Virus record (IMG/VR): IMGVR_UViG_3300031911_000002
Location: 1-64,000 of that record
Source: a virus
Length of the DNA: 64,000 nucleotides
Direction: 5' to 3' (one strand)
In this document: positions 9,290-17,070 of the stretch, one piece after another
Position numbering within the stretch: the first letter of the stretch is position 1
Layout: each line of letters begins with the position of its first letter
Notes under the pieces: generated by a model
What the model was told of the DNA's origin: nothing
Database searches by the model: none
Seen by the model: the letters and a program-made list of their open reading frames with translations, nothing else
Made by a program: the position numbers and the translations under genes

Positions 9290-10186
9290 ATGATCTCCAT
9301 TCGTGTCCGGTCCCGGATCCCCCGCGAGGAGCTGGACCTCAAGGTGGGGAAGGTCGTCGGCGACAGCGCCTACAACGTGCTGCTCACCGGACCGACCCGC
9401 GTGTTCATGCCCTCGGGCAAGCTGCTGTGCGTCTACCTCCCCGGAGCGATGCGGGGCGTGGTGCAGCCGGAGCACTACGAGATCCTTCACAGCCTCCGCA
9501 AGGACGTCGTCAGCTACAACCGGGGGCAGGCATCCGGCAGCGAGCGCGTGAAGGTCGGCACCACCAAGCGCTCGTACGCGATGGGGGTCAGCTCAGGCAT
9601 CCTCGGCTCGTTCGACCCCTCGGGGACCTTCAAGTTCTGCCGCCTCACGGCCTGGACCGGCAAGCACATGCCCCAGTGGCAGGCGCTCCAGCCGGTGTTC
9701 CAGCGGGTCGCGGACGCGATGCGGGACCACGTGCCGGACCGGTACGCGGCGCAGATGGAGGAGATCGACGCGACGCACCCCGACTGGGTCATCCCCGGCA
9801 CGCCCTTCACCACAGTGACGGTCAACAACACGTACCCGACTGGCGTGCACTGTGACCGGGGTGACCTCGACAAGGGATTCAGCACGATCTTCACGCTGCG
9901 CCGGGGCAGCTACTCCGGCGGGATCTTCACGTTCCCGGAGTACAGGGTGGCGGTCGACCTCAAAGACGACGATCTCATCCTGATGGACGCTCACCAGTGG
10001 CACGGCAACACCCCGATCATCTGCGCCTGCGGGGATCGCCGGACGTCGTGCTGCGAGACCTGCGGGGCCGAGCGGATCTCCGTGGTGAGCTACATGCGGG
10101 CCGCCATGACACGCTGCGGGAGCGAGGCGGAGGAGACCGAGCGGGCCATCCGGCACCGTGAGCAGCACAAAGGCGTGATCCGCTAA
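9290..10186 (+). CDS. TET/JBP-family 2OG-Fe(II) dioxygenase
   Basis: PFTTVTVN..TGVHCDRGD (HxD), YSGG...FPEY, HQWHGNT (H) and RISVVSYMR (R); Cys-rich insert. Confidence 0.87.
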   Translation: MISIRVRSRIPREELDLKVGKVVGDSAYNVLLTGPTRVFMPSGKLLCVYLPGAMRGVVQPEHYEILHSLRKDVVSYNRGQASGSERVKVGTTKRSYAMGVSSGILGSFDPSGTFKFCRLTAWTGKHMPQWQALQPVFQRVADAMRDHVPDRYAAQMEEIDATHPDWVIPGTPFTTVTVNNTYPTGVHCDRGDLDKGFSTIFTLRRGSYSGGIFTFPEYRVAVDLKDDDLILMDAHQWHGNTPIICACGDRRTSCCETCGAERISVVSYMRAAMTRCGSEAEETERAIRHREQHKGVIR

Positions 10187-10207
10187 GGCTGATGGGAGGT
10201 AAGGATC

Positions 10208-10861
10208 ATGGCAACACCGTGGGACTCCGCTGATCACGCCTCCGTGGAGGCTCGTCGTTGGCGCGCGATCCAGCTGGCCAACCGGGGTCTGACGCACCGG
10301 CAGATCGCCGAGGAGCTGCAAGGGATGTACCGGGAGGCGTCCCGCGACGGGGACAGCCTCAGCCTGGTGTCGATCACGAACATGGTCGGCGTCGACATCC
10401 ACCGGGCGCTCAAGGAGTACCGCAAGCGCACCGACAAGGAGATCGAGGACCGGATCTCGGCGCAGCTCATGCGGTTCGACGACCTGCGCCGGAGCCTGTA
10501 CGGGATCATGGCCCGCCGTCACCCCGTGCTGCATCAGGGGAAGATCGTCAAGGACGACGACGACGTTCCGCTGCGGGATGACGGGCCGGTGCTCGCCGCG
10601 ATCTCACAGCTGATCAGCCTGGAGGACCGGCAGGCACGTGTGGAGGGCACCTACGCACGGGAGAAGCTGGACATCGCCCTGGACACGCGAGTGGAGAACG
10701 AGGCGCAGATGGCTGTGGAGGCGATTCTCGCGGGGGCCGATGCGATCGGCCTGGAGCCGGTGCAGCGCCAGCGCATGCTGGAGGCAGCCGGGGCCCGGCT
10801 GAGGGTCATCGAGGGCGAAGTGGTGCAGCGGAGCGACGAGGACGGGGAGCACGATGGGTAG
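10208..10861 (+). CDS. Terminase small subunit-like HTH protein
   Basis: N-terminal HTH (RAIQLANRGLTHRQIAEEL), helical body, upstream of TerL. Confidence 0.65.
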   Translation: MATPWDSADHASVEARRWRAIQLANRGLTHRQIAEELQGMYREASRDGDSLSLVSITNMVGVDIHRALKEYRKRTDKEIEDRISAQLMRFDDLRRSLYGIMARRHPVLHQGKIVKDDDDVPLRDDGPVLAAISQLISLEDRQARVEGTYAREKLDIALDTRVENEAQMAVEAILAGADAIGLEPVQRQRMLEAAGARLRVIEGEVVQRSDEDGEHDG

Positions 10862-11123
10862 CAGGCTGATCGACCCGCTGGCAGCGGCGCGCGAGGACGA
10901 GGTGAACCGGGGGATGCGGCTCAGCGGGTCGCCGGTCCGATTCTGCTTCCACCCGGACACGACCCTGGAGCACCTGCCCGGCGAGGGCACGCGCCGGTCG
11001 TGCGACTACTGCGCGACGGCCGTGTTCACGTACCCCGGTAGCTGCGCCACGGATCTGACGCCGTGGGCGTACCTCCCGGATGGATATACGGCGGCCGACG
11101 AGCCTCCCGTTACTGGTCGGTAG
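10854..11123 (+). CDS. Hypothetical protein
   Basis: Overlapping start; its 3' end runs into dispersed repeat copy 1. Confidence 0.45.
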   Translation: MGSRLIDPLAAAREDEVNRGMRLSGSPVRFCFHPDTTLEHLPGEGTRRSCDYCATAVFTYPGSCATDLTPWAYLPDGYTAADEPPVTGR

Positions 11124-11284
11124 CAACTACTGGCCCGACCTGGCCGAACAACGAACTCGCGGCGGGTGTCCGAGGAGACAGGGCACCCGCCGTTCGCTGC
11201 GGAGACGGCAACCTCGTGACGCCGCTACGCTACGCACCGGTAGATTTAGCTAAAGCGACTCCGGGTAACCGTATAGCTATACGG
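11076..11284 (+). repeat. Dispersed 209-bp element, copy 1
   Basis: Reverse complement of the copies at 26455, 49346 and 60068; bounded by 16-bp quasi-palindromes. Confidence 0.92.
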
Positions 11285-11310
11285 TCCGGCGGATGGAACA
11301 GGGAGCAACG

Positions 11311-12345
11311 ATGAAGGTCCTTCTGACCGGGGCGTCCGGGTTCGTCGGCAGCCACGTGCTGCGCCACATCCTCGTGAACACCGACTGGAGCGTGGTCGCC
11401 CCGGTCACGTTCCGGCACAAGGGCCTCCCGGCCCGCATCGCCTCGGCCGTCTGCGACCGGCCGGACTGGACGAGCCGGGTGGACACGGTCCACTGGGACC
11501 TGCGGTCGGTCGCGGACCCGCTCACCCTGCTCACGGTCGACGACTGTGACGTGATCATGAACGTGGCCAGCGAGTCGCACGTGGACCGGAGCATCGCCCA
11601 CCCCGGCCCGTTCATCCGGAACAACATCGACCTGATGCTCACCGTGCTGGAGGTCGCGCGGGTGGTCCGGCCGAAGCTGCTGCTCCAGATGAGCACCGAC
11701 GAGGTCTACGGGCCCGCCTACGGGGACCACAGGCACCACGAGTGGGAGGCCATCCTCCCCTCCAACCCCTACAGCGCGTCCAAGGCGGCCCAGGAGGCCA
11801 TCGCGATCAGCTACTGGCGCACCTACGGGGTGCCGCTCGTCCTGACCAACACCATGAACATCATCGGGGAGATGCAGGACCCCGAGAAGTTCCTCCCCAA
11901 GATCGTGAGGGGGCTGCGGGACCGGACCCCCGTCCCGGTCCACGTCGGCCCCGACGGCAACTCCGGCTCCCGGTTCTACCTGCACGCGCGCAACCTGGCG
12001 GACGCGTGGGTGTTCCTCGCGGAGCAGTACGCGGCGAACGGACCGGCCCTGTACGACGAGGGCGCGGAGCGGCCGGAGCGGTTCCACATCGTGGGGGAGC
12101 GGGAGATCTCGAACACCCGCCTGGTGCACTACGTCGGCCGGATCATGGGCCTGGACCGGTCCGAGACGGACGGCCTGATCCAGCCGGTGGGGTTCCACGC
12201 CACCCGGCCCGGTCATGATCTGCGCTACGCGCTGGACGGCTCCCTGATCGCCGGTCTCGGCTGGAGCGCCCCTGTGCCATTCGACGAGGGCCTGCGGCGC
12301 ACCGTGGCGTGGACCCTGGATCACCCCGAGTGGCTGGACCTCTGA
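11311..12345 (+). CDS. rmlB: dTDP-glucose 4,6-dehydratase-like extended SDR
   Basis: TGASGFVG, ASESHVDRSI, STDEVYG, PYSASK, RPGHDLRYALD. Confidence 0.85.
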   Translation: MKVLLTGASGFVGSHVLRHILVNTDWSVVAPVTFRHKGLPARIASAVCDRPDWTSRVDTVHWDLRSVADPLTLLTVDDCDVIMNVASESHVDRSIAHPGPFIRNNIDLMLTVLEVARVVRPKLLLQMSTDEVYGPAYGDHRHHEWEAILPSNPYSASKAAQEAIAISYWRTYGVPLVLTNTMNIIGEMQDPEKFLPKIVRGLRDRTPVPVHVGPDGNSGSRFYLHARNLADAWVFLAEQYAANGPALYDEGAERPERFHIVGEREISNTRLVHYVGRIMGLDRSETDGLIQPVGFHATRPGHDLRYALDGSLIAGLGWSAPVPFDEGLRRTVAWTLDHPEWLDL

Positions 12346-12362
12346 CGGGTTTGGGGATCTCC

Positions 12363-12378
12363 CGGTTTAGGTAAATAC
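12363..12378. promoter_or_regulatory. AT-rich quasi-palindromic operator-like site
   Basis: CGGTTTAGGTAAATAC; one of ten similar intergenic 16-mers. Confidence 0.6.
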
Positions 12379-12508
12379 CCCTCAGAGTGACGTCGGACCG
12401 CAGGATGGCGATGGGTCTGCGGCCCGACGTCCGGCGCCCTCCGCCCGGCCGGGTCGTGGGTCCCCGGCGACGGGGGAGGGCGCCCTCCAACCGTGACCAA
12501 GGACCAGG

Positions 12509-13330
12509 ATGCCCAGCGAAGCCATGAACACTCCTCCTGAACGTCCGTATCTCTCGCCCCTGGAGCGCCGGTACCTCTGGCTGCTGACCCAGGGCCACAC
12601 CGTGGGCGAGGCCGAGAAGATCCTCGGTATAGGGCGCACGCCCACCCTCGGGATGCGGGTCCGGGACAAGCTGGGGGCCGCGACCACGGCCCAGGCCACG
12701 TACAGGGCGGCCGTCCTCCAGCTGGTGGGCCCGGATCCCGAATGCGGCACGATGACCGGCTACCGCAGGCACAAGGGGCGCCAGGAGGACGTCTGCGAGG
12801 CGTGCCGTACGGAGTTCACCAGCTTCGTGGACCGGACCGGAGGTCTGTCGGCCCACCGTCGGCCGCAGCTCACGGAACCGGAGCTGTACCTGCTGCGCGC
12901 GTTCGACGCGGGCGCCAACTACAAAGCCCTGGCGCAGCGGTGGCGGATCAGCACCCGGACCCTGGACAAGGTGCGGGCCAGCCTGTACCGGAAGCTGGAC
13001 GTCCTGCACCACCCGCTGAAGGCACGCCGACAGGCGGCCCTGGAGGTGGGCCAGCGCCTGGGGTTCCTGCGCCCGGACCCGCTGGGGGCCCCGCCCCCGC
13101 CCCCTCCGGCCGAACCGTCCCCGCTCACCGAGCTGGAGGTGCACACTCTCGCGACGGTCGCCGACGGGACGTCCCTGTCACAGGCGGGCCGGAAGCTGGG
13201 CATCCCCGCGTCCTCCGTGGGGTCCCGTCTCGCGAGGGTCTACATCAAGCTGGACGTGGCGCACCACGGCCGGGGCCGGTGCCGACAGGCGGCCGTCAGG
13301 GAGGCCCGGCGCAGAGGGTACGAGGTCTGA
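12509..13330 (+). CDS. Transcription regulator with three LuxR-like HTH units and a Cys/His Zn motif
   Basis: LSPLE/LTEPE/LTELE repeats, each followed by an HTH and (Y)xKL; CGT..GYRRH...CEAC. Confidence 0.7.
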   Translation: MPSEAMNTPPERPYLSPLERRYLWLLTQGHTVGEAEKILGIGRTPTLGMRVRDKLGAATTAQATYRAAVLQLVGPDPECGTMTGYRRHKGRQEDVCEACRTEFTSFVDRTGGLSAHRRPQLTEPELYLLRAFDAGANYKALAQRWRISTRTLDKVRASLYRKLDVLHHPLKARRQAALEVGQRLGFLRPDPLGAPPPPPPAEPSPLTELEVHTLATVADGTSLSQAGRKLGIPASSVGSRLARVYIKLDVAHHGRGRCRQAAVREARRRGYEV

Positions 13331-13369
13331 CCGAGCGCAGCCCCGGCGGCCGTGGGGCATACTCCCGGC

Positions 13370-14761
13370 ATGGGTGATCTACAGCGTGCGGGAAGCCTGG
13401 CAGCGGACCTGCTGGCGCACCATGCCCGTCTCGCCACCCAGCCCCGGTGGACGCCTCTGGCCCACCAGGTGCCCCCGCCGGGGGACTGGTACGGGTGGCT
13501 GCTGCTCGCCGGACGAGGCGCAGGCAAGACCGACGCCTGTGCGCGCTACGTGCACGAGCACGTCAGCGGACCGCCCTGCCTCCCCGGACCCGTCCCCCAC
13601 TGGGTCGGCATCATCGCCCCGACCCTGGGGGACGCGGCGACGTCCTGCTTCAGCGGGCCCTCGGGACTCAGCGCCCACAGCCCCGGCGCCAAGATGATCA
13701 CGTCCCCCGGCGGCACGATCGTCAAGTGGCCCAACGGCTCCATCGCCAAGCTGTTCGGCGCCAACACCGAGGAGCAGACCGAACGTCTGCGCTCCGGAGG
13801 CAACCGGTGCCTGGCGTGGCTGGAGGAGATGGCCGCGTGGCGCTACCTCGACGACACCTGGGCCCAGATGCGGTTCGGTCTGCGCTCCGGTCCCCGGCCG
13901 CACTGGGTGGCCTCCACCACGCCCAAGCCCCGCCCCCTGATCAAGAAGCTGGCAACCGGCGGCGTGCGCAGCGTGGTGCTCACCAAGGCGTCCATGTACG
14001 ACAACCCCCACCTGCCGGAGCACATCCGGGACGCACTCCTGGAGGAGTACGAGGGCACCGACCTCGGCCGCCAGGAGCTGATGGCCGAGATCCTCGACGA
14101 GGACAGCAACGCGCTGTGGACCCGCGAGTGGCTCAGCCGGTCCCGGCTTTCGGTCACGGACCTGGAGCGGATCAAGCTGTCCCGGATCACGGTGGGGGTC
14201 GACCCGTCCGGCGGCGCCGGGGAGCAGGGCATCGTCGTCGTCGGCAAGGCGATGCAGGACCACGTCCGTACGCGCACCGTGCAGGGCGAGGAGCGTGAGA
14301 CCAGGACCTCCCTGGCCCACGGGTACGTCCTCGGGGACCGCACCGTGCACCTCAAGCCGGAGGGCTGGGGCCGGGCGGCCGTCCTCGCCGCCAAGGAGTT
14401 CGACGCCGACGACATCGCCGTGGAGATCAACTTCGGCGGAGAGATGGCCGTCTCTACCATCCGGGCCGCAGCCGACGCGGAGGGCATGAACATCCCGATC
14501 AGGATCGTGCGCGCGACACGGGGCAAGGTGGTCCGGGCGCAGCCCGTCAGCGCGCTCACGGCGCAGAACCGCTGGCACATGGTGGGGACGCACCAGGCTC
14601 TGGAGGACCAGCTCTGCACCTGGTACCCGGAGCTGGACTGGAGCCCCGACCGGCTGGACGCGATGGTGTGGCCCGCGTGGCACAACCGGATCGTCAAGCT
14701 GACCGGCACCGTGGCCCAGGGCGGGGGCGGCATGTCGCAGATGGCGCGTACGCTGGGTTAA
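13370..14761 (+). CDS. terL: Terminase large subunit
   Basis: LLAGRGAGKT Walker A, WLEEMA Walker B, STTPKP, LGRQEL, VGVDP, EINFGG, SPDRLDA. Confidence 0.93.
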   Translation: MGDLQRAGSLAADLLAHHARLATQPRWTPLAHQVPPPGDWYGWLLLAGRGAGKTDACARYVHEHVSGPPCLPGPVPHWVGIIAPTLGDAATSCFSGPSGLSAHSPGAKMITSPGGTIVKWPNGSIAKLFGANTEEQTERLRSGGNRCLAWLEEMAAWRYLDDTWAQMRFGLRSGPRPHWVASTTPKPRPLIKKLATGGVRSVVLTKASMYDNPHLPEHIRDALLEEYEGTDLGRQELMAEILDEDSNALWTREWLSRSRLSVTDLERIKLSRITVGVDPSGGAGEQGIVVVGKAMQDHVRTRTVQGEERETRTSLAHGYVLGDRTVHLKPEGWGRAAVLAAKEFDADDIAVEINFGGEMAVSTIRAAADAEGMNIPIRIVRATRGKVVRAQPVSALTAQNRWHMVGTHQALEDQLCTWYPELDWSPDRLDAMVWPAWHNRIVKLTGTVAQGGGGMSQMARTLG

Positions 14762-14770
14762 CGTAAACCC

Positions 14771-14950
14771 ATGCCTCTCACCCTCACGCTCGCCCTGGTC
14801 ATCTTCGGAGCGGGTCTCCTGATCGGCCGGAAGCAGCCCATGGTGCTCGCGGCGGCCGTGGCGCTCGCCCTCGGTCTCTCCATCGCCGACGAACCGGCCG
14901 GAGTGTTCGTGCATACTCTGCTCGACGGGGCAGCCCGTCTCGTCCTGTAA
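14771..14950 (+). CDS. Small membrane protein (59 aa)
   Basis: MPLTLTLALVIFGAGLL...; two hydrophobic segments; fills the gap (below the ORF-track cutoff). Confidence 0.5.
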   Translation: MPLTLTLALVIFGAGLLIGRKQPMVLAAAVALALGLSIADEPAGVFVHTLLDGAARLVL

Positions 14951-14967
14951 CCTCCGGGAGGACTTCC

Positions 14968-15330
14968 ATGGGGAAGATCTACGGCCGCGAACCGGCCGTC
15001 TGGCTGGGTGCGCTCGGCGCGCTGTGGCAGATCCTGTCCGCGTTCGGGCTCAACTTTGACCCGATGCTCCAGTCCGTCGTCACCGCTGCCGTCTCGACCC
15101 TGTTCGGCTTCATCGTCGCCGTGCAGGTGCACGACGGGATCTTCGCTGCGCTCACGGGCCTGATCACCGCCGGTACGTCCCTCGTCTCGTACTTCGCCCT
15201 GGACTGGTCCTCCGAGACCCAGGCCAAGTTCGTCGGCGGCCTGATGATCATCCTCGGCATCTGGGTACGGGACAAGGTGGTCGCCCCGGTGCCCGCCGAC
15301 GTGTCCCCTCCGGGCCGACTCGTCGCCTGA
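14968..15330 (+). CDS. Holin-like 4-TM membrane protein
   Basis: GREPA N-terminus and VRDKVVAP C-terminus typical of actinophage holins; GGAGG RBS. Confidence 0.65.
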   Translation: MGKIYGREPAVWLGALGALWQILSAFGLNFDPMLQSVVTAAVSTLFGFIVAVQVHDGIFAALTGLITAGTSLVSYFALDWSSETQAKFVGGLMIILGIWVRDKVVAPVPADVSPPGRLVA

Positions 15331-15390
15331 CCCCGAGCACGACCGGCCGGGCCCCGCGCCCGGCCGGACCCGTCCACAGATCAAGGAGCC

Positions 15391-15810
15391 GTGTCCATGC
15401 ACATGACCCTCACCCTGGTGGTGCTGGTCCTCGCGTCCTACCGCCTCACCCGGCTCGTCGTCCGGGACACCTTCCCTCCCGTGCTGTGGCTGCGTGACCG
15501 CCTCGCCGGAGGATGGCGCCCTCTCACCGACCTGGAGCAGCACACCCTTCACACCCTGCGGGGGTCTCCGAAGCACGCGGAGCTGAAGACGGTCTGGGCC
15601 GTCGACGGGGAGCAGCGGTACGTCTACCGCTGGAAGTACTCGCCGTTCTGGCTCGCTGAGCTGATCACCTGCCCCTGGTGCGCCAGCGCGTACGTCTCCG
15701 GCGCCGTGGTCGCCGGAACCTGGTGGACCGTGGGCCTGCCGGTCCCGGTCCTGCTGTGGCCCGCCGTCTGGGGCGGAGCCGCTCTGATCGCCTCACAGGA
15801 GTGGGCATGA
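15391..15810 (+). CDS. DUF1360-like membrane protein
   Basis: YRLTRLVVRDTFPP and LAELITCPWC motifs. Confidence 0.75.
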   Translation: MSMHMTLTLVVLVLASYRLTRLVVRDTFPPVLWLRDRLAGGWRPLTDLEQHTLHTLRGSPKHAELKTVWAVDGEQRYVYRWKYSPFWLAELITCPWCASAYVSGAVVAGTWWTVGLPVPVLLWPAVWGGAALIASQEWA

Positions 15811-16310
15811 GCCTGTACATTTGTTCCCTCGCCAACAACAACCGCCGGACCATCCCGCCCCGCAAGTGGGTCACGGTCCCGTTCCCGTACACCACCCCTC
15901 CCACCTCGTACGACGCCTGGGAGATGCACCGGCCCTCCCAGCCCGGAGGCGTGGTCTCCACGTACCCGGACCGGTACTCCGCCCTGATCCACCCGCAGGC
16001 GGACGGGTGGGGCACGCTGGAGGGCCACGTGGAGTTCGAGGAGGGGGACTACACCGAGATCCGCACCCGGTTCGTCCGGGACCCCTACGGGGACGGGGAG
16101 AAGTCCAACGACACCACGAACACCGAGCACCACGCGCCGTCCCCCGGCATGCAGTTCTTCACCGTGCTGCACAAGCTGTTCGTCCACCCCGGCGTACCGG
16201 TGGCGTTCATGGTCTACGTCGGAGGCGACGAGGGGGCCGTGCTGACCTACAGCCAGCTCAAGCTGGAAGTGGACGACGACGTGGCGGTGCCGACCGGGGA
16301 GGGGAGCTGA
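15807..16310 (+). CDS. Hypothetical beta-rich protein
   Basis: ATGA overlap; AGGAG RBS. Confidence 0.6.
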   Translation: MSLYICSLANNNRRTIPPRKWVTVPFPYTTPPTSYDAWEMHRPSQPGGVVSTYPDRYSALIHPQADGWGTLEGHVEFEEGDYTEIRTRFVRDPYGDGEKSNDTTNTEHHAPSPGMQFFTVLHKLFVHPGVPVAFMVYVGGDEGAVLTYSQLKLEVDDDVAVPTGEGS

Positions 16311-16311
16311 C

Positions 16312-16422
16312 GTGCCGGACTGGGCCGCGTACGCGATCGGCGCCGTCCTCGGGGCCGTAGCGGGCATGGGGTCCGGCTACCTGCTGCTGGTCTGGTACCT
16401 CACCCGGAGGCACAGCACATGA
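16312..16422 (+). CDS. Small single-TM peptide (36 aa)
   Basis: MPDWAAYAIGAVLGAVAGMGSGYLLLVWYLTRRHST; its stop overlaps the next ATG. Confidence 0.45.
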   Translation: MPDWAAYAIGAVLGAVAGMGSGYLLLVWYLTRRHST

Positions 16423-16937
16423 TTCCCGTCCTGAACAGCCCGTCGGCCCCCTACGCCCACCTGCTCCTGAGGTCCCGGAACGCCGGGGCGCCCCCCTGGT
16501 TCGACCGGGCCGTGAAGGCACTGTGGGACGCCGGGGTGCAGACCGGAGCCGACCCGGTCGTCCTCGTCGCGCAGTGCGCCCTGGAGACGAACTGGGGCCG
16601 GTTCGGAGGCGCCGTGGACGCGACCTTCAACAACACCTGTGGCCTCAAGACCGTGGACGCCTCAGGCGACCGCCCCGAGGACCACCAGAGGTTCCCTGCG
16701 GACGCGGCCGGACGGCCGTGGCTGGGGGCCCTCGCGCACGCGCACCACCTCCGGCTGTACTGTGGGCTGCCGGTCCCGGCCGACTCCCCCGACCCCCGCG
16801 CCCGGTTCATCGCCCCCGGCTCCGTCAACTTCGGGTCCGTGCTGTACGTAGAGGATCTCGGCGGCAAGTGGGCTCCGGCCGCCGACTACGGGGTGCGGGC
16901 CGCCCGTATCGTGACAACGGTCCTTACGCCGACGTAG
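16419..16937 (+). CDS. Glucosaminidase (GH73-like) peptidoglycan hydrolase
   Basis: DPVVLVAQCALETNWG..FNNTCGLKT..LGGKWAPAADYG. Confidence 0.75.
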   Translation: MIPVLNSPSAPYAHLLLRSRNAGAPPWFDRAVKALWDAGVQTGADPVVLVAQCALETNWGRFGGAVDATFNNTCGLKTVDASGDRPEDHQRFPADAAGRPWLGALAHAHHLRLYCGLPVPADSPDPRARFIAPGSVNFGSVLYVEDLGGKWAPAADYGVRAARIVTTVLTPT

Positions 16938-16966
16938 CCTGAGCCAGGGCACCGCACCCTGCCCCG

Positions 16967-17003
16967 GAAGCCCCGCCACGCCACCTCGTCCGGCGGGGCT
17001 TTC
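16967..17003 (+). terminator. Hairpin terminator candidate
   Basis: GAAGCCCCGCC-N14-GGCGGGGCTTTC. Confidence 0.5.
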
Positions 17004-17070
17004 TGCTGTCCGGGAGGTCCGCAGCGTTCCGGCCGGTACCATGCCCCCGAGATCACGTCGGGAGGTCGCT

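Noticed and set aside
11076-11284. Dispersed element as a Streptomyces telomere, IS end or retron msr-msd
   Set aside because: No archetypal CCCGCGGAGCGGG terminus, no transposase or reverse transcriptase in the window, and no evident target-site duplication.
11063-11314. Repeat-derived ORFs (also 26486-26848, 49334-49660, 49393-49995 and 60115-60501)
   Set aside because: The shared peptide text only reflects the DNA repeat; starts and stops are not conserved between copies.
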